Assembly: GCA_009780375.1 (NCBI GenBank)
Contig: WRAD01000004.1
Location: 1-48,303 of the forward strand
Reading direction: 5' to 3'
Source: Bacillota bacterium
Lineage (GTDB): Bacteria > Bacillota > Clostridia > Christensenellales > UBA1242
DNA: 48,303 nucleotides
The notes under the pieces were generated by a model. It was not told where the DNA came from. It did no database searches and was given only the letters and a program-made list of their open reading frames with translations. Shown here piece by piece: positions 28,201 to 35,740 of the stretch (the first letter of the stretch is position 1; each line of letters starts with the position of its first letter). The position numbers and the translations under genes are program-made.

Positions 28201-30799
28201 GATAATAATTAACAAGGTCTGATGGGGTATAAATTGCTTGGTGGTTGTTGACACCTGCGTTTCCAACAGAAGCGGTTGGTGTTACCCATGCCCATCCACT
28301 TGGAAGTTGGGCCTCGATGTCAATTAATCTTTGACCGAATGTTGCATTAATTCCTGTTGGAATTGTATAGTTTGGGGTCGCCCTTAATACATTTATTGTT
28401 AATGTAAAAGTACGTGGACGTATGTTTGTGTTTGATGGTGTATAGATTGCATCAAATGCAGTTGACCCAACCAGAGTTAATATATCATCATTGTTAACCC
28501 ATGCCCAACCATTTGGCAATATAATTGACCCAAGTGTGTCATTAATTCTTCCCTCAAGATTCGAAGGCATTAGCGATGGGGCAATTGTACTTATTGCAAA
28601 GCCATTGTTTGCATAAACACCTGCTTCGAATTCATCATTTTCAAGTGTTCTTACAAACACGTAGTAATTTTCATTTACACGAAGGTCATCAAATACCGGT
28701 GAAGTTTGCCAGTTAAGGTTTGACCAATTATTGTAACGGGATATTGCGTACTGGACCATTTGGTCGTTATCTATACTCATAGTACGATTTGTTATTGTCA
28801 ATCTGTCAAGTTCTTGGTGAAATTCAAGATTTGTTGCGATTGCACCAACACCTCTTGCAACATTCATTGGAAAAGTTACAAAACGTCCTCCACCAACATA
28901 ATGCGTTAAATTTGTTGCACCCGCAACAGAAGGTGTGAATGGTTGGATGCCAAGCTGCTGCAAGAGACCTGCTGGATTAAATTCTTGTCCGATTCTTCCG
29001 TTTACTTGGGTTGTTGAAAAGAAGAAACCTGCACCACGTAATGGATTGGACGCATTCCATTGACCACCGGTAATGTTTGGGGTTGTTACGGTAATCTCAC
29101 CATCACTAAAAACACGCAGATTTCTTATCATCATATGGTTGCTGCTTAACTGTCTTATCCTTAGTGCAATGAAACGTGTTCTTACCGGCTCTATAAATGC
29201 GGTTCTTTCGTTATTGTCGGTTCCTGCGGTCCAAACAATATCGGCAGGGGTTTGATTTGTCCATACACTTGATGCGGCATTAAAGTCTGCTCTCATATAT
29301 GTACTGTTAATTGCAATACTTGCCGCGTCTCTTGTTTCACAAAGTGTCCAAATTTGTGCACGTGTGATACGCCCATCACTTGTACTTGTTCTGTTATGTA
29401 ATCCAAGCCCTGTAACAGTTCTTACTTCTCCAAGGTCAATAATAATTCTGTCCATAGTAGTTCCAGTTGTAGCAACTGCACCAGTCGTCGATACACCTAT
29501 AATTGCATTTCCCGCGTTTGTTGCGGTGTTATTAACATTGCCGTGCCCACCAACACCATCTATACCTTGGCTCCATATCGAATTATTTGCTCTTGTAGTA
29601 CCCCATACCGAGTGAAAATGATTAACTGTATTACCATTATTCAAGAAAGTTACTGTTCCGTCGTTGCCTGTGTTAGACGAGTCTGGTGCAAATGCAACAC
29701 GATAGTTAATCAAACCACCATGACCGACATAACGACTGTCATTTGCTTCTGCGACCGCGGCACGAACACCACTGTTATATAAATAGCGACTTCCATCGGT
29801 TGGTGTTTCGACGGCATTTATACGCACACCTTCAAGAACAATAGCAACTTGGGTCCATCTTGAACTCCACCATGTGGATGTTGCACCAAAGAGTCGCAAC
29901 CAAAGTCCACCGTTGTCCGCAATTTGTGCAAAATCAGATGGACTTATGGCAAGTGTTTGTGTGCGGAATTGCCAACTGTTGTTGCTTCCATCGAAACTGT
30001 TTCTTGAACCAGTTAACCCACTTGTTATGCCGATACTTCGTGCGGTTTGACCTGATTGCAATACTCCGCGTGGACCAGACGCTATTGTTCCTGCACCCAT
30101 TATCGAACCATCGTTACTTCTTGGCAAGCTGTCTGCCCAATTATCATTGAATCCACCTGATCCTGTGCCGTCACCATTTGCTGTGCTTCGTAAATTATGA
30201 CCTCTGTTTTGATCAACCCTGTGGATTCTTGTATCCATGACCTGATTAAAGTTAAGATCGATAAGGGAAATTGTCGAACCTGCCGCATTTGCACCACCAG
30301 GCAACCAATCCCGACTTGCATCGGCAAGCACACCAATCCCGAAAAAGAATTCAAAAGAAAGGCTTTGAATTTGACCTGAGTTTCGAAGTGCGTCTTGAAG
30401 ATCACCACCAATTGTTATGTGTTCTTGCAAAGTTGCATGGCGATCGGTATAACCGGAACTTCCATCACGCTGAAGAGATTGAAAGGATGTATATGAGATA
30501 GGTGCGGTTGCGTTATCATTGATTTGGTTTCTGTTTTCTGGACCACGTTGACGCAAATTATAATTACCACCTATTGGATTTGCGGTATGACCTATCGAGT
30601 GAGTGCCTAAACCATTAAAACCAAGTGCACCCTGTCCAACAACATGATTTTGTCTAAGATTGACTTCGCGTGCCGCCTCGACAGTGGTTCCATCATTTGA
30701 TTTTCCATTTTGTATAAAGACAAGTGCCCCTGTGATTGCGAATGCAAACATAGCACAAAATGCCACTGCAACACGCATACGCTTAAAAACTTTATTCAT
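25250..30799 (-). CDS. 1849-aa surface protein: discoidin/F5-8C-like domain, 14 Ig-like repeats, FN3-like modules, C-terminal anchor
   Basis: Signal peptide; IIIDLGEVRTVTG...PVRTRFIALRI (F5/8C-like); L..I.LP.GW.W repeats about 70 aa; F.(D/N)L....(Y).(V/I)FVR; G/A-rich hydrophobic tail plus KK..RRR. Confidence 0.85.
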   Translation of the reverse strand: MNKVFKRMRVAVAFCAMFAFAITGALVFIQNGKSNDGTTVEAAREVNLRQNHVVGQGALGFNGLGTHSIGHTANPIGGNYNLRQRGPENRNQINDNATAPISYTSFQSLQRDGSSGYTDRHATLQEHITIGGDLQDALRNSGQIQSLSFEFFFGIGVLADASRDWLPGGANAAGSTISLIDLNFNQVMDTRIHRVDQNRGHNLRSTANGDGTGSGGFNDNWADSLPRSNDGSIMGAGTIASGPRGVLQSGQTARSIGITSGLTGSRNSFDGSNNSWQFRTQTLAISPSDFAQIADNGGLWLRLFGATSTWWSSRWTQVAIVLEGVRINAVETPTDGSRYLYNSGVRAAVAEANDSRYVGHGGLINYRVAFAPDSSNTGNDGTVTFLNNGNTVNHFHSVWGTTRANNSIWSQGIDGVGGHGNVNNTATNAGNAIIGVSTTGAVATTGTTMDRIIIDLGEVRTVTGLGLHNRTSTSDGRITRAQIWTLCETRDAASIAINSTYMRADFNAASSVWTNQTPADIVWTAGTDNNERTAFIEPVRTRFIALRIRQLSSNHMMIRNLRVFSDGEITVTTPNITGGQWNASNPLRGAGFFFSTTQVNGRIGQEFNPAGLLQQLGIQPFTPSVAGATNLTHYVGGGRFVTFPMNVARGVGAIATNLEFHQELDRLTITNRTMSIDNDQMVQYAISRYNNWSNLNWQTSPVFDDLRVNENYYVFVRTLENDEFEAGVYANNGFAISTIAPSLMPSNLEGRINDTLGSIILPNGWAWVNNDDILTLVGSTAFDAIYTPSNTNIRPRTFTLTINVLRATPNYTIPTGINATFGQRLIDIEAQLPSGWAWVTPTASVGNAGVNNHQAIYTPSDLVNYYPVTRTIQITVAQVKPPYIIPTGISVQYGTMLSEITLSPGWTFVNPNQSVGGVISSRLFLARFTPLDGNFLTIERNISIAVTPAALEYQTPEPITYEISAGLVLGDIELPDGWVWQNENQILSVGTHSFYADLEQSLSINFVTVSRLVSVTITRATPSYTPPVIANQTFEQGRLVGSIALGDGWQWENVNLPVGNVGTNSFWAIYTPSDIENFTTVRIQIEIYVRPAISTVVAPSFEVMVGTYLREIELDTGWTWINPNRNVGDATTTPRGFAATFISPCGNYLPATRNIMITVLPMIINDYTPPDAITYTFKDGLTLEDIAHLLPSEWQWAEYTQLLLDAGTHIIYAELVKSLGINYVTVRVPVTITINQATPDIVSPTFQPVLEGTELERIKLAKGWELVSSNRTLRIGLETFEIRFTPSNANFAPVTFSVTVLVFPSFPTTLTADFNTTLGQLEHLINGWIWFAGNDQLVGNVGAHTFRITFTYAGETVVREIQITVKQIEPGYDLPVLEDPVEFGTMLYTVKLPEGWEWKDGDQQVGNIGTNYFYAIYTPKDTHNFTTVTRRIYVNVTYADPNVNTPTIAPVITGTMISDIASGIGGGWSLDEQDRAIGNPGIRTFLIRFDSTESGFGSIREREVSVFVYPTLPLMPSTVEYNTTLGQINLTNGWTWVAGNAQAVGNVGIMRVFLIRFSHTDINDTFHEVIRRVYLDIIPTDPTDFVIPTPVSRIFTQGLMLHTIELGINWTWVANDQELDASTHTFYAVYNRGSNFNPITRPVTFTITKAIPEYTIPSITSQAFHTGRLLSAITLPNGWTWENAGLQVGTVGTRQFFAIFNSGNANFETVRRQITITVTPVDFAFDVDFKQIYNTITLTVLSNNTGGELEFQVVGYGQTVNDDNWTTNLVFENLTAPTMYRIFVRRMADANNTAGQYRNMGEIATAVASSSNGGMSTGAMAGVATAGAAGVAGAACYPLKKIFGRRRAF
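25650..28560 (-). repeat. 14 tandem ~70-aa Ig-like coding repeats
   Basis: Counted 14 copies of the GW.W-type core with VG..G...F.A.(Y/F)TP...N(F/Y)..V; limits approximate. Confidence 0.8.
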
Positions 30800-30923
30800 G
30801 TATAAACCTCGTTATTGATTAAATTAAATCCGCAAGAAAGATGCGGGAGAATTTCTGTTAAATTTTATATGTATATATATTGCAAGTGCCATGGCACATT
30901 AATCTATATGCCAACACTGGCCG

Positions 30924-30952
30924 AGTGTACCATATATTTAAAAACTTGTCAA
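30924..30952 (-). promoter_or_regulatory. promoter of the 1849-aa gene
   Basis: TTGACA, 17 nt, TGgTACACT. Confidence 0.75.
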
Positions 30953-31115
30953 GACTTGGCCATGTAGAATATTTATATTTAATCTAAACTGCTCCAACCT
31001 AGAAGCAATGATAAAATTTAATATTCCACTTAAATGCATTCCTGATGAATTTTATTAATTGTGGACTTGTTTAAAACACTTATAGAAATCTTTGATTATG
31101 TGATAATCTGGTGAT

Positions 31116-32405
31116 ATGCAATGCAGCGTTTGTAACAAGAATCCTTCATTAAAAAAACTTCAGACCCCTAAAGGTGAGGTTAGCATATGTGGCGAATGTC
31201 TGGGGCGACTTGAGGCAATGAAAGAACAAAAGCACCTAACGGTGCGTTTAAGCCGAGATCCTAGTACAAAAAATTTAACGATAATTCCTAGATTATCAAA
31301 AACATCTGCGAACAGTATTATTAAAAGGTCGGGACTTCCTGCCCCATCGGAAATTCGGGCACATTTGGATGAATATGTTATTGGGCAATTTGATGCGAAA
31401 AAGGTTTTGTCTGTTGCGGTGTACAATCATTATAAAAGAGTTAATTATACCAATTCAGATGATAATAACGAACGTGTAGAGCTTGGCAAAAGTAACGTAT
31501 TAATGTTGGGCCCAACGGGTTCGGGAAAAACACTTGTTGCAAGAACACTTGCACGTGCGCTTGACGTGCCATTTGCATCTGCCGACGCGACTTCGCTTTT
31601 GTCTGGAGGTGGACGAGGCTTAGAAGAGAAAGTTATTATCCCACTCGCACAAGCATGTAACTATGATTCAAAAAAAGCCGAGCGTGGGATTATATATATT
31701 GACGAAATTGATAAAATTTCAAAACGTGGACATAACCACGCCCTTGGAGAGAGTATCCAACAATCATTGTTAAAGATTATCGAGGGTACGGTTTCTACAA
31801 TTATGGTTCAAGGCGAGAAACGGTCAATTCAAATTGATACAAGCAATATTCTATTTATTGTTGGTGGTGCGTTCGTTGGAATCGAGGACCAAGTACTTAT
31901 GCGTTTTGGCGGTGGGGCAAGCGTAGGCGAAGTTAAAACAACAAATGAACTTCTTAAGGAAGTTACTCCAAGTGATATAATAAAATTTGGACTTATACCT
32001 GAATTTGTTGGGCGACTTCCTGTGATTGTAACGCTTGATGAACTTGATCACTCTGCCCTTATTAAAATTTTGACCGAGCCAAAGAATGCACTTGTCAAAC
32101 AATATAAGAAAAAATTTGCACTTGATGGAATTGACCTTGAATTTGACAAACAAAGCCTTGTGACAATTGCGGATATGGCACTTAAACTTAAAACAGGTGC
32201 AAGAGGGCTTCGAACTGTTATGGAAGAAAGTATGCTTGATATTATGTACAATGCACCAAGTGAAACAAATCTTAACCGCATAACAATCACAAGTGATGTC
32301 ATTACAAAAAGCGGGAAAGCAACGTTTCAATATATTGAGGCCGCGGCGGCGACAAAACTTGATGAACTCTTACCAAAGCGACCACGAGGCAAGGCGGCAC
32401 CTTAA
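31116..32405 (+). CDS. clpX: ClpX-like AAA+ ATPase, divergent (pore, RKH and IGF loops lost)
   Basis: C4 zinc finger, LDEYVIGQ..AKK.LSVAVYNHYKR, GPTGSGKT, IIYIDEIDKI, GLIPEFVGRLP, TGARGLR. Confidence 0.88.
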   Translation: MQCSVCNKNPSLKKLQTPKGEVSICGECLGRLEAMKEQKHLTVRLSRDPSTKNLTIIPRLSKTSANSIIKRSGLPAPSEIRAHLDEYVIGQFDAKKVLSVAVYNHYKRVNYTNSDDNNERVELGKSNVLMLGPTGSGKTLVARTLARALDVPFASADATSLLSGGGRGLEEKVIIPLAQACNYDSKKAERGIIYIDEIDKISKRGHNHALGESIQQSLLKIIEGTVSTIMVQGEKRSIQIDTSNILFIVGGAFVGIEDQVLMRFGGGASVGEVKTTNELLKEVTPSDIIKFGLIPEFVGRLPVIVTLDELDHSALIKILTEPKNALVKQYKKKFALDGIDLEFDKQSLVTIADMALKLKTGARGLRTVMEESMLDIMYNAPSETNLNRITITSDVITKSGKATFQYIEAAAATKLDELLPKRPRGKAAP

Positions 32406-32424
32406 TATAAGGAGGATTATATAA

Positions 32425-33186
32425 ATGCAAACGGTTAAATATGACAATGGGGACAGTTATGTTGGACATATTCAAAATGGAAGACGTAATGGCAAAGGTG
32501 CCTATTTTTTTGCAGACGGTAACAAATATGAAGGCGATTGGGTTGACAGTAAAAAACACGGACAAGGTACCTATATTTTTAAAGATGGAAGTAACTATAA
32601 GGGTGATTGGAAAGATGATAATCGTCATGGCAATGGCATATATCTTTTTCCAAAAGGCGGTGGCTATGATGGCGAATGGATGAACGGAAAGCAACATGGG
32701 CAAGGCATTTACATGTACTTTAATGACGACAAATATATTGGCGAATGGAAAGAAGGCAAGCAACACGGCAAAGGCACTTACATTTATGCAAATGGCAACC
32801 AGTATCATGGCGAATGGGTTGAGGGAAAAAAGAACGGCAAGGGTTTATTTACCTTTGCACTTAAAGACAGATACGAAGGAGAATTCAAGGATGATATGAT
32901 GCATGGAAAAGGCATCCTTGTATATGCGACAGGTAAACGATACGAAGGGGAATTCAAGGATGATAGAATACACGGCAAAGGTTCCTTTTTATACGTAGGA
33001 GGCGATGAGTATTCTGGAGAATGGGTTGATGGAAAGAAAAATGGCAAAGGAACAAAACATTATCGTTCAGGCGACAAATTTAACGGCACGTGGGTAAATG
33101 ATAAACGCCATGGTAAGGGCATATATATTTACGCCAATGGCACACAAGAGGCACGCGAGTATCGCGATGATGAACGCGTCAGTTAG
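32425..33186 (+). CDS. MORN-repeat protein (about 10 repeats of 23 aa)
   Basis: Repeated Y.GEW..GK.HG.G.Y....G; AAGGAGG SD; no signal peptide. Confidence 0.93.
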   Translation: MQTVKYDNGDSYVGHIQNGRRNGKGAYFFADGNKYEGDWVDSKKHGQGTYIFKDGSNYKGDWKDDNRHGNGIYLFPKGGGYDGEWMNGKQHGQGIYMYFNDDKYIGEWKEGKQHGKGTYIYANGNQYHGEWVEGKKNGKGLFTFALKDRYEGEFKDDMMHGKGILVYATGKRYEGEFKDDRIHGKGSFLYVGGDEYSGEWVDGKKNGKGTKHYRSGDKFNGTWVNDKRHGKGIYIYANGTQEAREYRDDERVS

Positions 33187-33189
33187 TTC

Positions 33190-33218
33190 TTTACATTTAA
33201 CACTGTAACTGGTATTAT
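33190..33218 (+). promoter_or_regulatory. tRNA promoter
   Basis: TTTACA, 17 nt, TGgTATTAT. Confidence 0.6.
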
Positions 33219-33229
33219 AGAATTAATTC

Positions 33230-33304
33230 GCTCCCTTAGTTAAATGGATATAACATATCCCTCCTAAGGATAGGTTGTAGGTTCGATTCCTGCAGGGAGC
33301 GCCA
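33230..33304 (+). tRNA. tRNA-Arg (anticodon CCT)
   Basis: Acceptor GCTCCCT/AGGGAGC, D arm GTTA/TAAC, anticodon arm TATCC-CTCCTAA-GGATA, T loop TTCGATT, encoded CCA. Confidence 0.97.
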
Positions 33305-33305
33305 G

Positions 33306-33551
33306 TTATATTTTTTCAAGGTCTTGGTAAATTTCGTTTGGAATATTAGTTTTAAACGAGCGATTGAGTGCACGTTTTTTTATAGCGATTGGAATGCATT
33401 GTGGGCATAGATATGCACCGCGTCCATTTGCGTTTCCCTTATGGTCAATTTGAAAGATATGTGTACCATCTGCATTTGTTTGGCGACATACACGGATACG
33501 ATTTGCTGCCAAATCTTTTTTGCGACAGACACAACAGATTCGTTCTTTCAC
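33306..33551 (-). CDS. ylxR: YlxR/DUF448 family RNA-binding protein
   Basis: R.C.VCR, GRGAYLC..C, L.RSFK..I; follows nusA; GGAGG plus GTG. Confidence 0.92.
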   Translation of the reverse strand: MKERICCVCRKKDLAANRIRVCRQTNADGTHIFQIDHKGNANGRGAYLCPQCIPIAIKKRALNRSFKTNIPNEIYQDLEKI

Positions 33552-33620
33552 TATGACCTCCTGGAAAATTTATTCGGGTGAAATGTTCACACTGGCTTCA
33601 TTTGTTCTAGCATGCAAATA

Positions 33621-34718
33621 TCATGCCTGTCCACCCAGAAAGAATTCTTCGGAAAAAGAGGCATCTTCGGCGGCCGCCTTTTCTTCGGAAAGAACGTCAA
33701 TTTTCCATCCAGTAAGTTTTGCGGCCAAACGTACGTTAAGACCTGAACGCCCGATTGCAAGAGAAAGTTTGTCATTTGGTACGACAACACGTGCACGTTT
33801 TTGTTCTTCGTCCGCCTCTACACGAAGAACAGGTGATGGTGCAAGTGCGGCGGCAATAAATTCAAGCGGGTCCTCGAACCATGGTATAAGATCGACTTTT
33901 TCTGGTCCGATTTCTGAAAGAATTGTGTTAATACGACTTCCCTTTGGTCCAACACAGGCACCGATTGGGTCAATATTTGCAACATCAGAATGAACACATA
34001 TCTTTGTACGATAACCACATTCACGGGCAATTGCCTTGACGGCAACTTCGCCACGACCAATTTCTGGAACCTCGAGATCAAATAATGCACGCACAAATTG
34101 TGGGGTACTTCGTGTTACATAAATTTCGCCACGACGGTCATCATGTACCGCATTGACATATACCTTTATAAAGTCACCGGCACGATGAACCTGGCCAGGG
34201 ATTTGACCACGCACATTAAGAATACCTTCGATTTTTGAACCAGGAATTTCCAAAGTATAAATATCACGTTCAATCTTTGTAATTTTTGCGGTAACGATTT
34301 GCTCTGCCCTTGCGTTAATTTCTTCAAGTGCGGCCGTACGTGTACGTTCGCGATTTTTTTGTGCCATAACTTGTTTGATTGTGATGGCTGCCACTCGTCC
34401 AAAGTCTTTGAGGTTAAGTTCATTGATAACCTCGTCGCCAACTTTGACTTTTGGGTTGGTTTTTTGTGCCTCTTCAAGCGAGATATGTGTATCCCAATCC
34501 CAATCTTCCGCATCTTCATCGGCAACAATTTTTAATGAATATGCACGAATTTTTTTCTTTTCATAATCAAGGTTTACACGCACCAAACTTCCCTCACCAT
34601 GAAGTTTTTTAAGGGCAGGTACCATCGCCTCTTCAAAGTCACGGATAATTTCCTCTTTTGTCATGTTGCGTTCGGCCGCCACTTGATCAAGTGCGGCAAA
34701 GAATTCTTTGCTTATCAT
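33621..34718 (-). CDS. nusA: transcription termination/antitermination factor NusA
   Basis: FGRVAA...KQ, EVPEI..G, ARE.G.RTK, DPIGACVG.KGSR, LSLAIGR.GLNVRLAAKLTGWKID. Confidence 0.98.
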   Translation of the reverse strand: MISKEFFAALDQVAAERNMTKEEIIRDFEEAMVPALKKLHGEGSLVRVNLDYEKKKIRAYSLKIVADEDAEDWDWDTHISLEEAQKTNPKVKVGDEVINELNLKDFGRVAAITIKQVMAQKNRERTRTAALEEINARAEQIVTAKITKIERDIYTLEIPGSKIEGILNVRGQIPGQVHRAGDFIKVYVNAVHDDRRGEIYVTRSTPQFVRALFDLEVPEIGRGEVAVKAIARECGYRTKICVHSDVANIDPIGACVGPKGSRINTILSEIGPEKVDLIPWFEDPLEFIAAALAPSPVLRVEADEEQKRARVVVPNDKLSLAIGRSGLNVRLAAKLTGWKIDVLSEEKAAAEDASFSEEFFLGGQA

Positions 34719-34748
34719 ATTTATTCTCCTTGTTATTTTTAAATTATT

Positions 34749-35033
34749 TTAGAAATCTGCATCAAGAGACGCAGGCCAATCGGCACCAAGCGACGAGACA
34801 TTTAAATTATGTTCTTCGTCTCCCATTATTCCACTTGTCTCGATTATTGGGTCAATGGCAAGTGATATACGCTCACAGTCGTCAAGTGTAACGCCTCCGT
34901 CTTTGTTAACGTACAATGTCAGATCCATTTCACCGAACTTGTTTTTGCGGTATGTTACTTCGACAAGTTCACAGCCAAGGTTTGCAATGTTTTGCATGCA
35001 CAGATCTTTGATTTGTTTTGCTTTGTCTATTAT
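34749..35033 (-). CDS. rimP: ribosome maturation factor RimP, N-terminal domain only; probable ATA start (ATG alternative 34997)
   Basis: LG.ELVEV.Y, L.LY....GGVTLDDCE.IS, L.VSS.G; directly upstream of nusA. Confidence 0.8.
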   Translation of the reverse strand: MIDKAKQIKDLCMQNIANLGCELVEVTYRKNKFGEMDLTLYVNKDGGVTLDDCERISLAIDPIIETSGIMGDEEHNLNVSSLGADWPASLDADF

Positions 35034-35056
35034 GCCCTCCCTATACCTCTTTCAAT

Positions 35057-35086
35057 AAAAACGGGTTCGCTTTGGAACCCATTCTT
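35057..35086 (-). promoter_or_regulatory. rimP leader terminator-like hairpin
   Basis: AAGAATGGGTTC-caaagc-GAACCCGTTTTT between promoter and rimP, as in rimP-nusA leaders. Confidence 0.7.
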
Positions 35087-35103
35087 AAATTAATGGTACA
35101 TTT

Positions 35104-35133
35104 ATTATACCGCATCAAAGTTTTGATTGTCAA
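35104..35133 (-). promoter_or_regulatory. rimP-nusA promoter
   Basis: TTGACA, 18 nt, TATAAT; -35 overlaps the stop codon of the upstream 72-aa gene. Confidence 0.8.
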
Positions 35134-35348
35134 GCGTTTATCTCAGGAATTTCCCCGATGACATCCATGATGATGTCAACAGCGTCAAGCATTTCATTAA
35201 CGCGGTAAAGAACTTTTGCCCGATATGTGCCATCGCTGTCATTTTTCAATTTGTTGCGAAGATTATCAAGAAGTAGAGTCTTGAGTCTTTGTAAGGCATT
35301 TAACTCTTTCTCTGCAGTTTTATTATATGTTTGCTTTTCGTTTTTCAT
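35130..35348 (-). CDS. hypothetical helical protein (72 aa)
   Basis: AAGGAG SD and consensus promoter; divergent from Xre gene. Confidence 0.75.
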   Translation of the reverse strand: MKNEKQTYNKTAEKELNALQRLKTLLLDNLRNKLKNDSDGTYRAKVLYRVNEMLDAVDIIMDVIGEIPEINA

Positions 35349-35381
35349 TTTGCTCTCCTTTTGTATTATTCGGACAATTTA

Positions 35382-35410
35382 ATTGTATCCCGATAATCTC
35401 GGGATTGTCA
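35382..35410 (-). promoter_or_regulatory. promoter with palindromic operator
   Basis: TTGACA and TACAAT on minus strand flanking ATCCCGA-taatc-TCGGGAT (35387-35405). Confidence 0.75.
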
Positions 35411-35442
35411 ACTAAAAAATTTATATTGTCTATTATTTAATT

Positions 35443-35664
35443 ATGGAAGAACGTGAACAATTTACAAAGAATTTTGCAGAACAAGTTAGACTTTTAAGAT
35501 TAGCAGGTCACACACAACGAGAACTTGCACGTGAATTAGGCATTGACGAGAATTCTATTGGTGATTATTGCAACGGACGCTCATTTCCTAAAATTTGGCT
35601 AGCAAGAAAAATTTGTGTTGCACTCAATTGTAGTTATGAAGAACTTTTTGGAGAATTAAAATGA
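35443..35664 (+). CDS. Xre/Cro-CI family HTH regulator
   Basis: LR...G.TQRELA..LGI....I..Y..G...P......I..AL.CS..ELF. Confidence 0.92.
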   Translation: MEEREQFTKNFAEQVRLLRLAGHTQRELARELGIDENSIGDYCNGRSFPKIWLARKICVALNCSYEELFGELK

Positions 35665-35740
35665 TATGAAATCAAACAAAGCATTGTAGAAAGATTAGAG
35701 CAATACTTGAAAGAACTAAGTTCAAGGGATGAGAAGAGAA

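Noticed and set aside
32302-32808. 168-aa hydrophobic periodic ORF on minus strand
   Set aside because: Antisense artefact of the MORN repeats.
32425-33186. 69-bp periodicity as possible CRISPR or DNA repeat array
   Set aside because: Degenerate coding repeats; no identical repeats with unique spacers, no cas genes.
33230-33304. tRNA as integration site of an island
   Set aside because: No integrase or duplicated tRNA 3' end seen; flanked by core genes.
35662-35664. TGA recoding (code 4 or 25) suggested by open frame after the Xre stop
   Set aside because: TGA ends conserved genes at expected positions (nusA, rplD, rplP) and Trp is TGG.
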